64,000 nt of DNA, from positions 10,841-74,840 of the forward strand of contig JAHFNT010000003.1 of NCBI GenBank assembly GCA_023267195.1, given 5' to 3'. The notes beneath the pieces are model-generated. The model ran no database searches and was not told the DNA's origin. It was given only the letters and a program-made list of their open reading frames with translations. Made by a program: the position numbers and the translations under genes. Positions 29,723 to 39,500 of the stretch are shown here, piece by piece. Origin of the DNA: Candidatus Nomurabacteria bacterium (GTDB lineage Bacteria > Patescibacteriota > Minisyncoccia > Phycocordibacterales > UBA9973). The number at the start of each line of letters is the position of its first letter. The stretch's first letter is position 1.

Positions 29723-30544
29723 TTATTTTTTTAAATCATTAAATCGCTTTATTGATAAATCTAGATAATTTTTTTCCATATCAATACCAATGAATTTTCT
29801 ACCATTCATTACTGAAGCTATGCCAGTAGTAGAACTTCCCGCAAAAGGATCTAGAACAACGTCCCCTTTGTTTGTGCTGGATAGAACAATACGCTTCAAC
29901 AAATCTAAGGGCTTCTGAGTAGGGTGCTTTCCGTACTTCTTCTCCTCTGGTTTAGGTGTGCCCATAGACCAAACTGATCTCATTTGAAGTCCTGGTTTTT
30001 TTAATCTATCTTCCGGCCAATTTCCATCTTTCATTTCTCTATAATTAAAAGTGTGTTTTGCTCTTTTGTCTTTTCTGGCCCAAATGATTGTTTCATGACT
30101 TGCTGTAAAAAAACGACAACTCAAATTTGGTGAAGCATTAGGTTTAAACCAAGATATATCATTTAAGATATGGTAACTTAGGGACTGTAAGGCATGTCCA
30201 CATTGATAAATGGAATGGTATGTGCCGCTCACCCATAAGGTACCATTTGGTTTTAAAACACGTTTACATGCTTGAAGCCAACGATAATGGAAGGCATAAT
30301 CATCTAAAAAACCTTTACTGATGTCCCACTCACCTTTATTTACACTAACCATTTGTCCTGCGTGCACAGTAAAGCCTCCATTTGACAGATTATATGGCGG
30401 ATCTGCAAAAATCATATCAACTGAATCTTCTGGAAGTTGATTTAAAATATCTAGACAATCTCCATTGTATAAAACAAAATTATCCTTAGAAAAATAAGGC
30501 TTATTTTTAACTACCGAAAGAATTTTTTTATCTACAACTACCAT
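29723..30544 (-). CDS. DNA methyltransferase, beta-class N6-adenine/N4-cytosine (DPPY)
   Basis: 273 aa; motif IV DPPYNL near N-terminus and motif I LDPFAGSSTTG near C-terminus (beta-class order). Confidence 0.85.
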   Translation of the reverse strand: MVVVDKKILSVVKNKPYFSKDNFVLYNGDCLDILNQLPEDSVDMIFADPPYNLSNGGFTVHAGQMVSVNKGEWDISKGFLDDYAFHYRWLQACKRVLKPNGTLWVSGTYHSIYQCGHALQSLSYHILNDISWFKPNASPNLSCRFFTASHETIIWARKDKRAKHTFNYREMKDGNWPEDRLKKPGLQMRSVWSMGTPKPEEKKYGKHPTQKPLDLLKRIVLSSTNKGDVVLDPFAGSSTTGIASVMNGRKFIGIDMEKNYLDLSIKRFNDLKK

Positions 30545-30567
30545 ATACTTATATTAACATTTTTTGG

Positions 30568-31080
30568 CTAAAAACGAATTTCTTCATTGTATAACCTTTT
30601 ATAAACTTCCGTTGATTCTTTAATAAGGCGAATAATATGTCTCTTTAGGTAAATTTTGTACTCACCATAGAAAAAAGCTATATCATCTTCATAATCTGCT
30701 CCATGCGATACACCATCTATGCTTATTGCATTCGGAACTTTACCACTAATCATATTGAAAACAAATTTAATCTGATATTTCTTATCTAGTAGGTTTTCAG
30801 GAGAACTAAGATGAAAAGCGGAATTACGAACTTTATTTACTAAATCAGTAATATCGGAAATGTCTGTGTTAATAGAAACATCGTCCTTAAAATTTATACG
30901 CTCTCCTAATTTAACAAATTTCTGTAATAAATCATCAAGTTTTAGAATTATGGAAATAAAAACTGGCTCACGAAACACTCTAAGAACATCAGCCCCAAAT
31001 ATACCTGTGTTAATAAACTGGACTATGTCCCGAATGTTTGATTCTATTTGAGATTTTATAAAAAAATTATCTTTATCCAT
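30568..31080 (-). CDS. HEPN-like (Rx4H motif) protein, candidate abortive-infection/RNase toxin
   Basis: 170 aa, predicted all-alpha; motif RNSAFH matching HEPN Rx4-6H; ATG 2 nt after lexA stop with AGGAAA SD inside lexA 3' end. Confidence 0.35.
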   Translation of the reverse strand: MDKDNFFIKSQIESNIRDIVQFINTGIFGADVLRVFREPVFISIILKLDDLLQKFVKLGERINFKDDVSINTDISDITDLVNKVRNSAFHLSSPENLLDKKYQIKFVFNMISGKVPNAISIDGVSHGADYEDDIAFFYGEYKIYLKRHIIRLIKESTEVYKRLYNEEIRF

Positions 31081-31082
31081 TT

Positions 31083-31661
31083 TTAGTATTTCCTAATCAC
31101 CGCTTTTACCACTGCATTTATATTTAAAGAATGTTCTGGGTAAATGGGTTGATAATTTTTATTGGCAGGTTCAAGCCAGGCTTTGGCACCACTCTTTCTA
31201 AAATATTTCATCGTGAATTCCCCATCCACTTCGGCTATGACTATTTGCCCATCGTCGGCTTTATTCGTCTTCTCCACGAGCACCATATCTCCGGGTTCGA
31301 TGTGCGCCTCGATCATAGAATCGCCGTCAACTTCGAGCATATAGGTAAGCGGTTTATTTTTTATTAAAAGATCGTCGAGGTTTACAGTATCTGCCAGCTC
31401 TTCTTCGACTGTCGCGGGAAAACCGGCCGTGACAAAACCGAGCAATGGCACACCCCCAGCTTCCTCTCCAAAAGTTTCAGACGGAATTAATCTGCCAAGA
31501 TGATCCTTCGCCACAATTCCCGCCTCGATTAACTTTTCCACCACGCGAAACACCGCGTTCTTTGATTTAAAACCGAATAACTGCAGCATCTCCGAATACG
31601 ACGGCATGCGTTTATTGTCTCGGTAAAAGGATTCTAGTTTTATTTGATGCAAACTACGCAT
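31083..31661 (-). CDS. lexA: LexA-family repressor (wHTH + S24 self-cleaving peptidase)
   Basis: 192 aa; N-terminal wHTH, cleavage-site region, S24 Ser/Lys dyad context (DGDSM ... K). Confidence 0.85.
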   Translation of the reverse strand: MRSLHQIKLESFYRDNKRMPSYSEMLQLFGFKSKNAVFRVVEKLIEAGIVAKDHLGRLIPSETFGEEAGGVPLLGFVTAGFPATVEEELADTVNLDDLLIKNKPLTYMLEVDGDSMIEAHIEPGDMVLVEKTNKADDGQIVIAEVDGEFTMKYFRKSGAKAWLEPANKNYQPIYPEHSLNINAVVKAVIRKY

Positions 31662-31860
31662 AAATGTTCGTTCGGAAAAATAGAGTAACTAGTTTGTTGG
31701 TGAAACTTGTTCTCGTATTATAGCGAACTTTCTTCAAAAGCAATTTGTGATCCCTCGCCTCTTTGCGATAATCCAATCCTTGGAGAATTTTTAAGTCAAT
31801 TTTTTTATTGATCTTTTGAATCTCCCTCTCTAACATTTTTACATATTGTGATTGTGACAT
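31654..31860 (-). CDS. small basic coiled-coil protein overlapping lexA start, hypothetical
   Basis: 68 aa; ATGA-type 8-nt overlap with lexA; first ORF downstream of the LexA-box promoter. Confidence 0.35.
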   Translation of the reverse strand: MSQSQYVKMLEREIQKINKKIDLKILQGLDYRKEARDHKLLLKKVRYNTRTSFTNKLVTLFFRTNIYA

Positions 31861-31900
31861 AAAATTTATAAATTAAATTGCTAAACGACCTGCCTATATA

Positions 31901-31929
31901 GTATAAGTGAACGAGCGTTCACCTGTCAA
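31901..31929 (-). promoter_or_regulatory. sigma70-type promoter for the lexA operon (minus strand TTGACA-17-TTATAC)
   Basis: minus strand reads TTGACAggtgaacgctcgttcacTTATACtatata; LexA box lies in the spacer. Confidence 0.5.
31907..31922. promoter_or_regulatory. LexA operator (Cheo-box type GAAC-N4-GTTC), perfect palindrome
   Basis: GTGAACGAGCGTTCAC, 6-bp perfect arms; located between divergent lexA operon and ORF 31989. Confidence 0.65.
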
Positions 31930-31988
31930 TAAGCAAACTGTGGATAACTTCTAGGCCCTATAAAATATAAATATATTATACTTAAATT

Positions 31989-32303
31989 ATGAAACCCGAA
32001 GGTCCATCAAAATTACAAGATATAAGTTTAGATGGGAGAAAAAGGAATAAAGAATATCAAGAGTTTATTCTTGTATTTTTACGAGAGAAATTGTTTGAGA
32101 TTTTACTCCCCGGAAAATCAAAAATATTATGGACACTTGGATTAACTGGCTCTTCAAAAAACAAAGAAGGGGTAACGGAAGATGACATAAAAACATTTAA
32201 AGAGATATTAAAATTGGGAAATATAAAAGAAATAGAAAGTTATTGCAAAACAAAAGGAATAGACTTTGAAAAAATTTTAAAGGAGGCAGAGGAGGAGAAA
32301 TGA
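31989..32303 (+). CDS. hypothetical protein
   Basis: 104 aa ORF divergent from lexA operon; no recognizable motifs. Confidence 0.35.
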   Translation: MKPEGPSKLQDISLDGRKRNKEYQEFILVFLREKLFEILLPGKSKILWTLGLTGSSKNKEGVTEDDIKTFKEILKLGNIKEIESYCKTKGIDFEKILKEAEEEK

Positions 32304-32564
32304 AATATAAACTTTAAAGAAGGGGACGAGTGTCTCGTTGCCCCTCCTAGAGCTCGACGAATTGGTTACGGGTTTGGGGCCTTTCTCCCCTCTCCCCATA
32401 ACACCTGGAGTGACATCGGCGCCGAGACTTTTCGTCCCAGCAGTCGTACTCCCAGGTGTGGATTTCGTTGTTGCAGATGGAACAGATTTCTATTTCGACG
32501 TAGATCTCAGCAGACTCTTCCACGGTACACCTCTTCGTTTATTATACTAGCACAAAAACAAAAG

Positions 32565-34154
32565 CTAGCTATTCACCTTTGGCCTGTATTGTAGAGCTTC
32601 CAGGATGTGATTCGCTTCTATATTTTCTTTGTTTTCTAGGTCCGCAATCGTGCGGGCGATTTTGATAACGCGGTGATAAGCGCGAGCAGAGAGAGCTAGG
32701 CGTTCGGCGCTGTTATTTAGAAGCTGTTTGACTTCAGGCGCAAGTGGAGCAAAAATTCCCAGCTCTTTCACATTCATGTCGCTGTTAGTTTTCACTTTTC
32801 TGCTTTTGTTGTCATTTTTCTGAAATGTTTTGAATCTTTTCTCTTGAATGAGCCGCGCATTTTTCACTCGTTCTTTGATGGTCGCAGTTTTCTCCCCTGT
32901 TCCGGCCGTATCACTCAATTTTTTATAATCAACGTTTGCCACCGTCACCCATAGATCAATGCGATCAATAATCGGTCCAGAAATCCTCCGCGCATATCTA
33001 TCCAAATCATTCTGCCGGCAAATGCAACTCTTATCTTTGTTCCCCTTATTGCCACATGGACAAGGATTCATCGCCGCCACTAAAATAAAATTGGAGGGAA
33101 AAATAGCCGAACCTCGCGCCCGCGAAATTGAAACGATGTTATCTTCGAGCGGCTGGCGCAATGCCTCTAAAACTCTTTTTTCAAATTCAGGAAATTCATC
33201 CAGAAACAACACGCCTTTGTGCGCCAGAGTTACTTCCCCGGGCTTGGGGTTTGATCCTCCGCCAATCATAGACACATAACTCGCAGTGTGGTGCGGGGCG
33301 CGGAATGGAGGTTCGGTCACTAGAGAATCCTCGAGCAAACCCACGATAGAATGAATGCCAGTAATTTCTAAAATATCATCATTGGGTAGTTCCGGTAAGA
33401 TATGAGAGAAAACTCTCGCGAGCATTGTCTTGCCAGTGCCAGGTGGCCCAGAAAGAGCAATGTTGTGCCCTCCCGCAGCTGCGATTTCGAGCCCGCGCTT
33501 TGCGCTCTCTTGCCCCCGGATATCCGAAAAGTCTATATCATGAATCGCATTTCGGCGGATTATTTCTGTGTCTTTTTGCGGTAAAATTTTTGGTCGCGTT
33601 TTTTCTATCCCATTTCCATTTTTATCCAAAGGTATTTTTGAAACATGATCAATAACTTCTTTAAGCGTCCTTGCGCCGTAGATCGTGATGCCGTGAACGA
33701 GCGCCGCTTCCTCAGCATTCGCGATCGGCACAAATATTTCTTTATATCCCAAACGCATTGCTTGTTCGGTGAGAGGCAATACGCCTTTGATCGGCTGAAG
33801 CTCCCCATTTAACGAAAGTTCTCCCAAAAATATTTTTCCTTTTGGATCAAAATCTATTTCTTCAGCGGAAAGCAAATAAGCAAGCGCAATCGCCAAATCA
33901 AAATACGGGCCTTCTTTCTTTAAATCTGCTGGGGATAAGGAAATGACAATTTTTTGATTCTGGTTTTTGGGAGACTTGAAACCGGAATTTTTTAAAGCCG
34001 AACTCATGCGATCTTTCGATTCATCGACAGCTTTGTCGGGAAGACCAACCAAGGTAAAAGCATGCAAAGTATTTTTAGTAATATCAACTTCAACGGTAAC
34101 AATTTTCCCTTTTAATAGGTGGGTTTGCGCAGAATATACTCTGGAGAAGCTCAT
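32565..34154 (-). CDS. comM: Mg-chelatase-like AAA+ protein ComM/YifB
   Basis: ORF extends to 34223 but ComM-like start MSFSRVYS at 34154; Lon-like N-domain, Walker A GPPGTGKT, ChlI-type motifs, C-terminal zinc-finger-like CPCG. Confidence 0.85.
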   Translation of the reverse strand: MSFSRVYSAQTHLLKGKIVTVEVDITKNTLHAFTLVGLPDKAVDESKDRMSSALKNSGFKSPKNQNQKIVISLSPADLKKEGPYFDLAIALAYLLSAEEIDFDPKGKIFLGELSLNGELQPIKGVLPLTEQAMRLGYKEIFVPIANAEEAALVHGITIYGARTLKEVIDHVSKIPLDKNGNGIEKTRPKILPQKDTEIIRRNAIHDIDFSDIRGQESAKRGLEIAAAGGHNIALSGPPGTGKTMLARVFSHILPELPNDDILEITGIHSIVGLLEDSLVTEPPFRAPHHTASYVSMIGGGSNPKPGEVTLAHKGVLFLDEFPEFEKRVLEALRQPLEDNIVSISRARGSAIFPSNFILVAAMNPCPCGNKGNKDKSCICRQNDLDRYARRISGPIIDRIDLWVTVANVDYKKLSDTAGTGEKTATIKERVKNARLIQEKRFKTFQKNDNKSRKVKTNSDMNVKELGIFAPLAPEVKQLLNNSAERLALSARAYHRVIKIARTIADLENKENIEANHILEALQYRPKVNS

Positions 34155-34158
34155 AAAA

Positions 34159-34563
34159 TTAGCTCTCCAAGTGTTTCTTGCAGGTTCGAGCCGCTCCATT
34201 TGCCTCAAGCCTGCTCGTTTCAATATCTTTTTTGCAAACTTCGCACTTACCGAAAGATTCTCTATTTAACCCTTTTAATGCTTTTAAAATATTGTTCAAT
34301 CTAGGCTCTAAGGTTTTCATCATAGAACTTCGCGCTTCAAAATCTTCAAACCGGTCGGCCTTATCATTTTCATCCGATTCAGGGAACTCCAACTCTTCTG
34401 GGATAGCCTCCCACTCTCCGGTTTCATTATTTAACTTGCCCATATCTTTCATCTGTTCAAGCATGGCGTCTCGTTCTTTTTCCAATTTCTCTTTAATTTT
34501 TTTCTTGTCCAACATGTGAGTATCATAACATGTACATTTTTCATAGCAAGAGCGCCAACTCAT
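34159..34563 (-). CDS. DksA/TraR-family C4 zinc-finger protein
   Basis: C-terminal CEVCKKDIETSRLEANGAARTCKKH C4 finger, coiled-coil before it; alternative start MLDKKK at 34515; stop overlaps comM start. Confidence 0.65.
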   Translation of the reverse strand: MSWRSCYEKCTCYDTHMLDKKKIKEKLEKERDAMLEQMKDMGKLNNETGEWEAIPEELEFPESDENDKADRFEDFEARSSMMKTLEPRLNNILKALKGLNRESFGKCEVCKKDIETSRLEANGAARTCKKHLES

Positions 34564-34618
34564 TGAAAATAGGAAAAATAAGATTTACTTTTCTACATTT
34601 TTGTGTTAGAATATCTGC

Positions 34619-35881
34619 ATGCAATATAAAATCAAAGATATTGATTTGGCAAAACGAGGAATGACAAAAATCGAATGGGCCAAGAAAGACATGCCGGTGC
34701 TCTCTCTCCTGGCTGAAAATGTTAAAAGGAAAAAATTGTTCAAAAATATTGTCATCGGAGCTTGCATGCACGTGACCGCAGAAACCGCCAATTTAATGAT
34801 CGCGCTTAAAAACGGCGGAGCAAAAGTGACTCTTTGCGCTTCCAACCCCCTCTCTACAGATGACAGCGTAGCCGCAGCTTTGGTAAAAAATTTTAATATA
34901 CCTGTTTTTGCCAAAAAAAACGAAAACAAAAAAGAATACTTTACGCATTTAAAAAATGTGCTAAATACAAAGCCAAATATTGTGATGGATGACGGCGCTG
35001 ATTTAATTGGAGAACTTCATTCAAAAAGAAAGAGTCAGGCGAAAAAAATCCTTGGGGGGACAGAAGAAACAACCACTGGAGTCTCTCGCCTAAAATCGAT
35101 GGAAAAAGAAGGTACGCTCTTTTTCCCAGTTATTGCGGTAAATGATTCTATGACCAAACATTTTTTTGACAACCGCTACGGAACCGGACAGTCCACGCTC
35201 GATGGGATAATCAGAGCGACAAATAAATTGATTGCCGGCTACGTGTTTGTGGTCGCTGGCTATGGCTGGTGCGGAAAAGGACTCGCTATGCGCGCCAGAG
35301 GGATGGGGGCAAATGTTATCATTACGGAAATTGATTCCGTAAAAGCCATTGAAGCCTTGATGGACGGTTTTCGTGTCATGCCGATGATGGAGGCGGCAAA
35401 AATTGCTGATTTCATTTGCACGGTAACTGGAAATATAAATGTGATTGGTGGAGAAGTATTTAAAAAAATAAAAGATGGTTGTATTATTTCAAATTCAGGA
35501 CATTTTGATGTAGAAATTGATCTGGTGGCTCTTCGGAAAATAACCAAAAACAGAAAGACACTCCGAGATTCCGTGGAATCTTATACTTTAAAAAATGGCA
35601 AGACTGTGTTTGTGCTCTCCGGAGGAAGACTGGTAAATTTGGGAAGCGCGGAAGGCCATCCGGCATCGGTGATGGATATGAGTTTTGCCAATCAACTATT
35701 GGCCGTAGAATTTATTCTCAAAAATAAAAGTCATTTGCCTCATTCGGTCCACGTTTTACCGGAAATTTTAGACAGAAAAATAGCAACTTTAAAATTGCAT
35801 AGTTTAGGCACAAAAATAGACACACTCACTGAACGCCAGAGGAAATATATGGCTGGCTGGCGAGATGGCACAAATGCGTAG
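34619..35881 (+). CDS. ahcY: adenosylhomocysteinase
   Basis: 420 aa; NAD-binding GYGWCGKG and SAHH signature blocks. Confidence 0.9.
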   Translation: MQYKIKDIDLAKRGMTKIEWAKKDMPVLSLLAENVKRKKLFKNIVIGACMHVTAETANLMIALKNGGAKVTLCASNPLSTDDSVAAALVKNFNIPVFAKKNENKKEYFTHLKNVLNTKPNIVMDDGADLIGELHSKRKSQAKKILGGTEETTTGVSRLKSMEKEGTLFFPVIAVNDSMTKHFFDNRYGTGQSTLDGIIRATNKLIAGYVFVVAGYGWCGKGLAMRARGMGANVIITEIDSVKAIEALMDGFRVMPMMEAAKIADFICTVTGNINVIGGEVFKKIKDGCIISNSGHFDVEIDLVALRKITKNRKTLRDSVESYTLKNGKTVFVLSGGRLVNLGSAEGHPASVMDMSFANQLLAVEFILKNKSHLPHSVHVLPEILDRKIATLKLHSLGTKIDTLTERQRKYMAGWRDGTNA

Positions 35882-35896
35882 CATTTGTGAGCCGGA

Positions 35897-35930
35897 GCGC
35901 GACGGCGCGAGGTGGGGTCGCGAGATTTTT
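35897..35930 (+). terminator. GC-rich rho-independent terminator after ahcY
   Basis: GCGCGAC-loop-GTCGCGAG followed by ATTTTT. Confidence 0.55.
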
Positions 35931-35965
35931 CAGCAGAAAAAGACTTGTGACCAAAATAAACATTT

Positions 35966-36487
35966 ATGAAGATTGCAATCACTGGAGCTCAGGGAGTCGG
36001 CAAGACCACCTTAGCAAAACAAATAAATAGAGATTTTCCAGATTTTAAAATATTACCAGAAGCAGCACGACTGGCTAAAGAGGCAGGATATAATCTTGAT
36101 CAAACCGCTACAATAGAAACAGAATTTTGGCTAATCACAAAACAAATTGAGCTAGAAAGTGAGGGAGGCAAATGGGTGGCTGATCGATGTGGGATAGATT
36201 TGCTTGCGTATATACACCATTTATTTCCGCAAGAGTCAGCTCTGATTGAATTCGCCCAAAAAACATTGGTGCCGAGATTTGAGAACTATGATTTGGTTTT
36301 ATATTTACCTAGTGGAGAATTTCCTATCGAAAATGATGGCTTACGGGCAACTGATTTAAAATTTCAACAAGACATTGATCAAAAAGTTAGAGATATTTTA
36401 AGAAAACATAAAATTCCATTTGTGGAAGTGGTGGGTTCGCCAAAAGAACGGTTGGCAAAAATTAAAGGCTTGTTTAAAGGCACCTAA
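35966..36487 (+). CDS. P-loop NTPase (AAA_28/NadR-like small ATPase), hypothetical
   Basis: 173 aa; Walker A GAQGVGKTT at N-terminus. Confidence 0.5.
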   Translation: MKIAITGAQGVGKTTLAKQINRDFPDFKILPEAARLAKEAGYNLDQTATIETEFWLITKQIELESEGGKWVADRCGIDLLAYIHHLFPQESALIEFAQKTLVPRFENYDLVLYLPSGEFPIENDGLRATDLKFQQDIDQKVRDILRKHKIPFVEVVGSPKERLAKIKGLFKGT

Positions 36488-36530
36488 TCTTCTCATTTGC
36501 TATTTTTAAAATTCGCGCTAGGATAAAAAG

Positions 36531-39500
36531 ATGCAATCGGGCCAAGCAACCACTTTGTCGGGCACTTACTCCAAAGTAACATTTCTTCACAAATTGCTAG
36601 CGTTTTCGCTGGCTTTTTTGTTTTTAGTAGTTCCGCTTGCTCCAGTTTGGGCAGAAAAAGTTACCGAGGACCCATCTGCGATTTCTAAAGTTGAATCAAC
36701 CACCACAGAACCGGAAATTGTTACTGAGAATAGCGAGGACGCAGATGTTTCAACAAAAGTAGACATGGATAAACAACCACCGGCACCACAGTCGTTTACC
36801 GTAAATAATATATCTGGGGATAATCGCGATAAACCAAATTTGAGTTTTCCTCAAGTGGATCAGGCCTCTGGCGGGTTAGCTTATAGTTATCCCTTAAATA
36901 TACCGCCCGGTAGAAATGGTTTTAATCCAAATTTAACTTTGCAATATTCAAGCCAAGATACAGATCAAGCATCGGTTTTTGGTTATGGATGGTCAATCAA
37001 TATACCTTACATAAAACGTTTGAATAAAACTGGAGTAGAAAAATTATATACAACCAATTACTTTACCTCTTCACTCTCCGGTGAATTGGTAAATGTTTCT
37101 GGTTCTACCTATGCGCCTAAGGTGGAAAATGGGGATTTTCTAAAATATAACTACGATGGCACCTCTTGGATCGTAACCGATAAAAAAGGAACAGTCTACA
37201 AATTTGGGACAAGCACACCAGCCAGACAAGACGACACCACTGGAACGAAAATTTACAAATGGATGCTCGAGGAAGCAAGAGATACAAATAATAATTTCAT
37301 CAAATATGAATATTACAAAGACACTGGGCAAATTTATCCTGAAACTATAAAATACACCGGCAACGACACGACCAATGGAGTGTTTTCAGTAAGTTTGATT
37401 CGTTCTGGAAGAAATGACAACATTACACAAAACTCAACGCTCTTTAGTATAACTACCAATTATAAAATATCTGAAATACAAACAATAACCAATGGGACTT
37501 GGAATAAAAAATATATTTTGGGTTATTCAAATGGTGACAATGGTTATAAATCATTAATAACTAGCATCACGGAGTCAGGACAGGATGAAAATGCAAATGT
37601 TGTCACATTGCCACCTGTGCAATTTACTTATCAAGTAGCGACAACGCCAGGAAGTGATTTTGTTTCTGATTTTGCCTGGTCTAATCCTGTTTCTCCAACA
37701 ATTTCTACCAATCCATCTTATGGAGCGGTGGTAGCAGATGTTAATAGTGATGGTCTGCCGGATATTATGGAATCATATAGAAGTTCCGGAACTCTTATTT
37801 GGTACAAAGGAACTTACTTAAATAACGGCAACGGAACCTGGACCCAAAATCCAAATCTTGAACCGCCAACAATTTTTGGAGATAATAATCCAGTAACGGA
37901 ACAAGGGATAAGGGCAGTTGACTTGAATGCGGATGGATTTGTAGATCTGGTTCAAAGTTCTGGGTCTCTGTCGAAAGTTTATATAAACACAGGAACTTCA
38001 TGGGTTTTGAATAATAACTGGATTCCCAAATGTGCCTTTGCTAGCCCAATATATGGAGACATTGGTTGTAGATTAGATGATATAAATGGTGACGATTTGC
38101 CAGATTTTTTCATAGCGAGAGGTGATAACACCGGCAACCCACCAATCAATACCGAAGTATATTTAAATAATGGGAACGGTTGGAGTGAAAATCCTGAACC
38201 AGGCTGGAGTATACCTGCAGACTTAAGATTTGGCACAGTACCCGTAGATTATAATGGTGACGGACTTTTGGATTTTTTACAAGGCTACAAAAATACTTTG
38301 AGCAACCCAACAGTTGAAATAAAAAAGGCATATAAAAATAACGGGGACAAAACTTGGTCTTTGGATGGTGCATATACATCTCCAGTAATTTTCGCAACTC
38401 AAACAAACTTAGCTTCATTGCCGTTTACTACCGGAGCTTTAGTAGCGGATGTGAATGGAGATGGTTTAGTTGACATATTACATGGCACCGAAACAACTGA
38501 TGGTGGACATCTAAATAAGGGCACAGGCTGGAGTTTTACACCAAACTGGGACTTTGGTCATGGTTCTATTCCAATCGAAGCACCACTCCGGGCTAGATTA
38601 GGAGATTTTGATGGAGATGGAATGATTGATTATTATGAAAGTGGAAGTGGTAGCGCAACTTTTTCTAAAAATCAAAACATAAAGGCGGATCTAATCAAAA
38701 CCATAAAGAATCAATATGGTGGAATTTCAACCATTACTTACAAAGGCTCAACTCAATACAAAAATGGCAATAGCTTAGCAAACCCAAATCTGCCATTCAA
38801 TATAATAACTGTAAGCAGTATTTCCTCTAACCCCAGCCTTGGAGGAACAAGTGTTGTGAAAAATTACACTTATGAACAAGGAGATTATTATTACAACACA
38901 ATACTGGATAGAAAATACGCCGGTTTTGGAAAGATAATTGACCTTGATTCTTCTGGCGCCAAAACCGCCAGCTATTTTCATCAAGGCAATGAGACAAATT
39001 CTAGCTTAGGTGAATACGATGATCATCCGTCAAAAATCGGCAAAATTTACCGCACCGAAATTAGAGACAGCTCCGGGAATTTATATGAGAGCGTGATCAA
39101 TAAATGGGAAAAACAAAATTTGGGCCCGGGTAGAGATTTTGCCAAACTGGCACGAACAATGGTCATGTCTTTTGACGGCAATAGCGACAACAGAAGCAAG
39201 GCGGAAGAATACTCATACGATAGTTATGGCAATCTAACGCAAAAAATTTCCTGGGGAGAAGTGATAGGCGCAACTGACGGAACATTCACCGACCTGGGGA
39301 ACGACAAATTTACGGAAAATATTTCTTATGTTTCAAATACTGGCAATTATGTCGTGGGTTTACCATCTCAAGATATAGTACTCGATCAAAATTCAGACAA
39401 AGTTCGTGAGACAAAAATGTATTATGATGGACTCGCTTTTGGTTCGGTCGGCACGGGCAATGAAACCAAACTGGAAAAATGGAAATCTGGCAGTTCGTAT

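Noticed and set aside
32338-32550. 70-aa plus-strand ORF (TTG start) in the fourth GC-rich patch
   Set aside because: It has a non-ATG start, no SD and a Pro/Leu/Val low-complexity translation. It is kept only as an alternative in the finding.
34178-34929. ORFs 34178..34519 (+), 34541..34771 (-), 34606..34929 (-) around the dksA/ahcY junction
   Set aside because: They overlap the better-supported dksA-like and ahcY genes on opposite strands and have no motifs.
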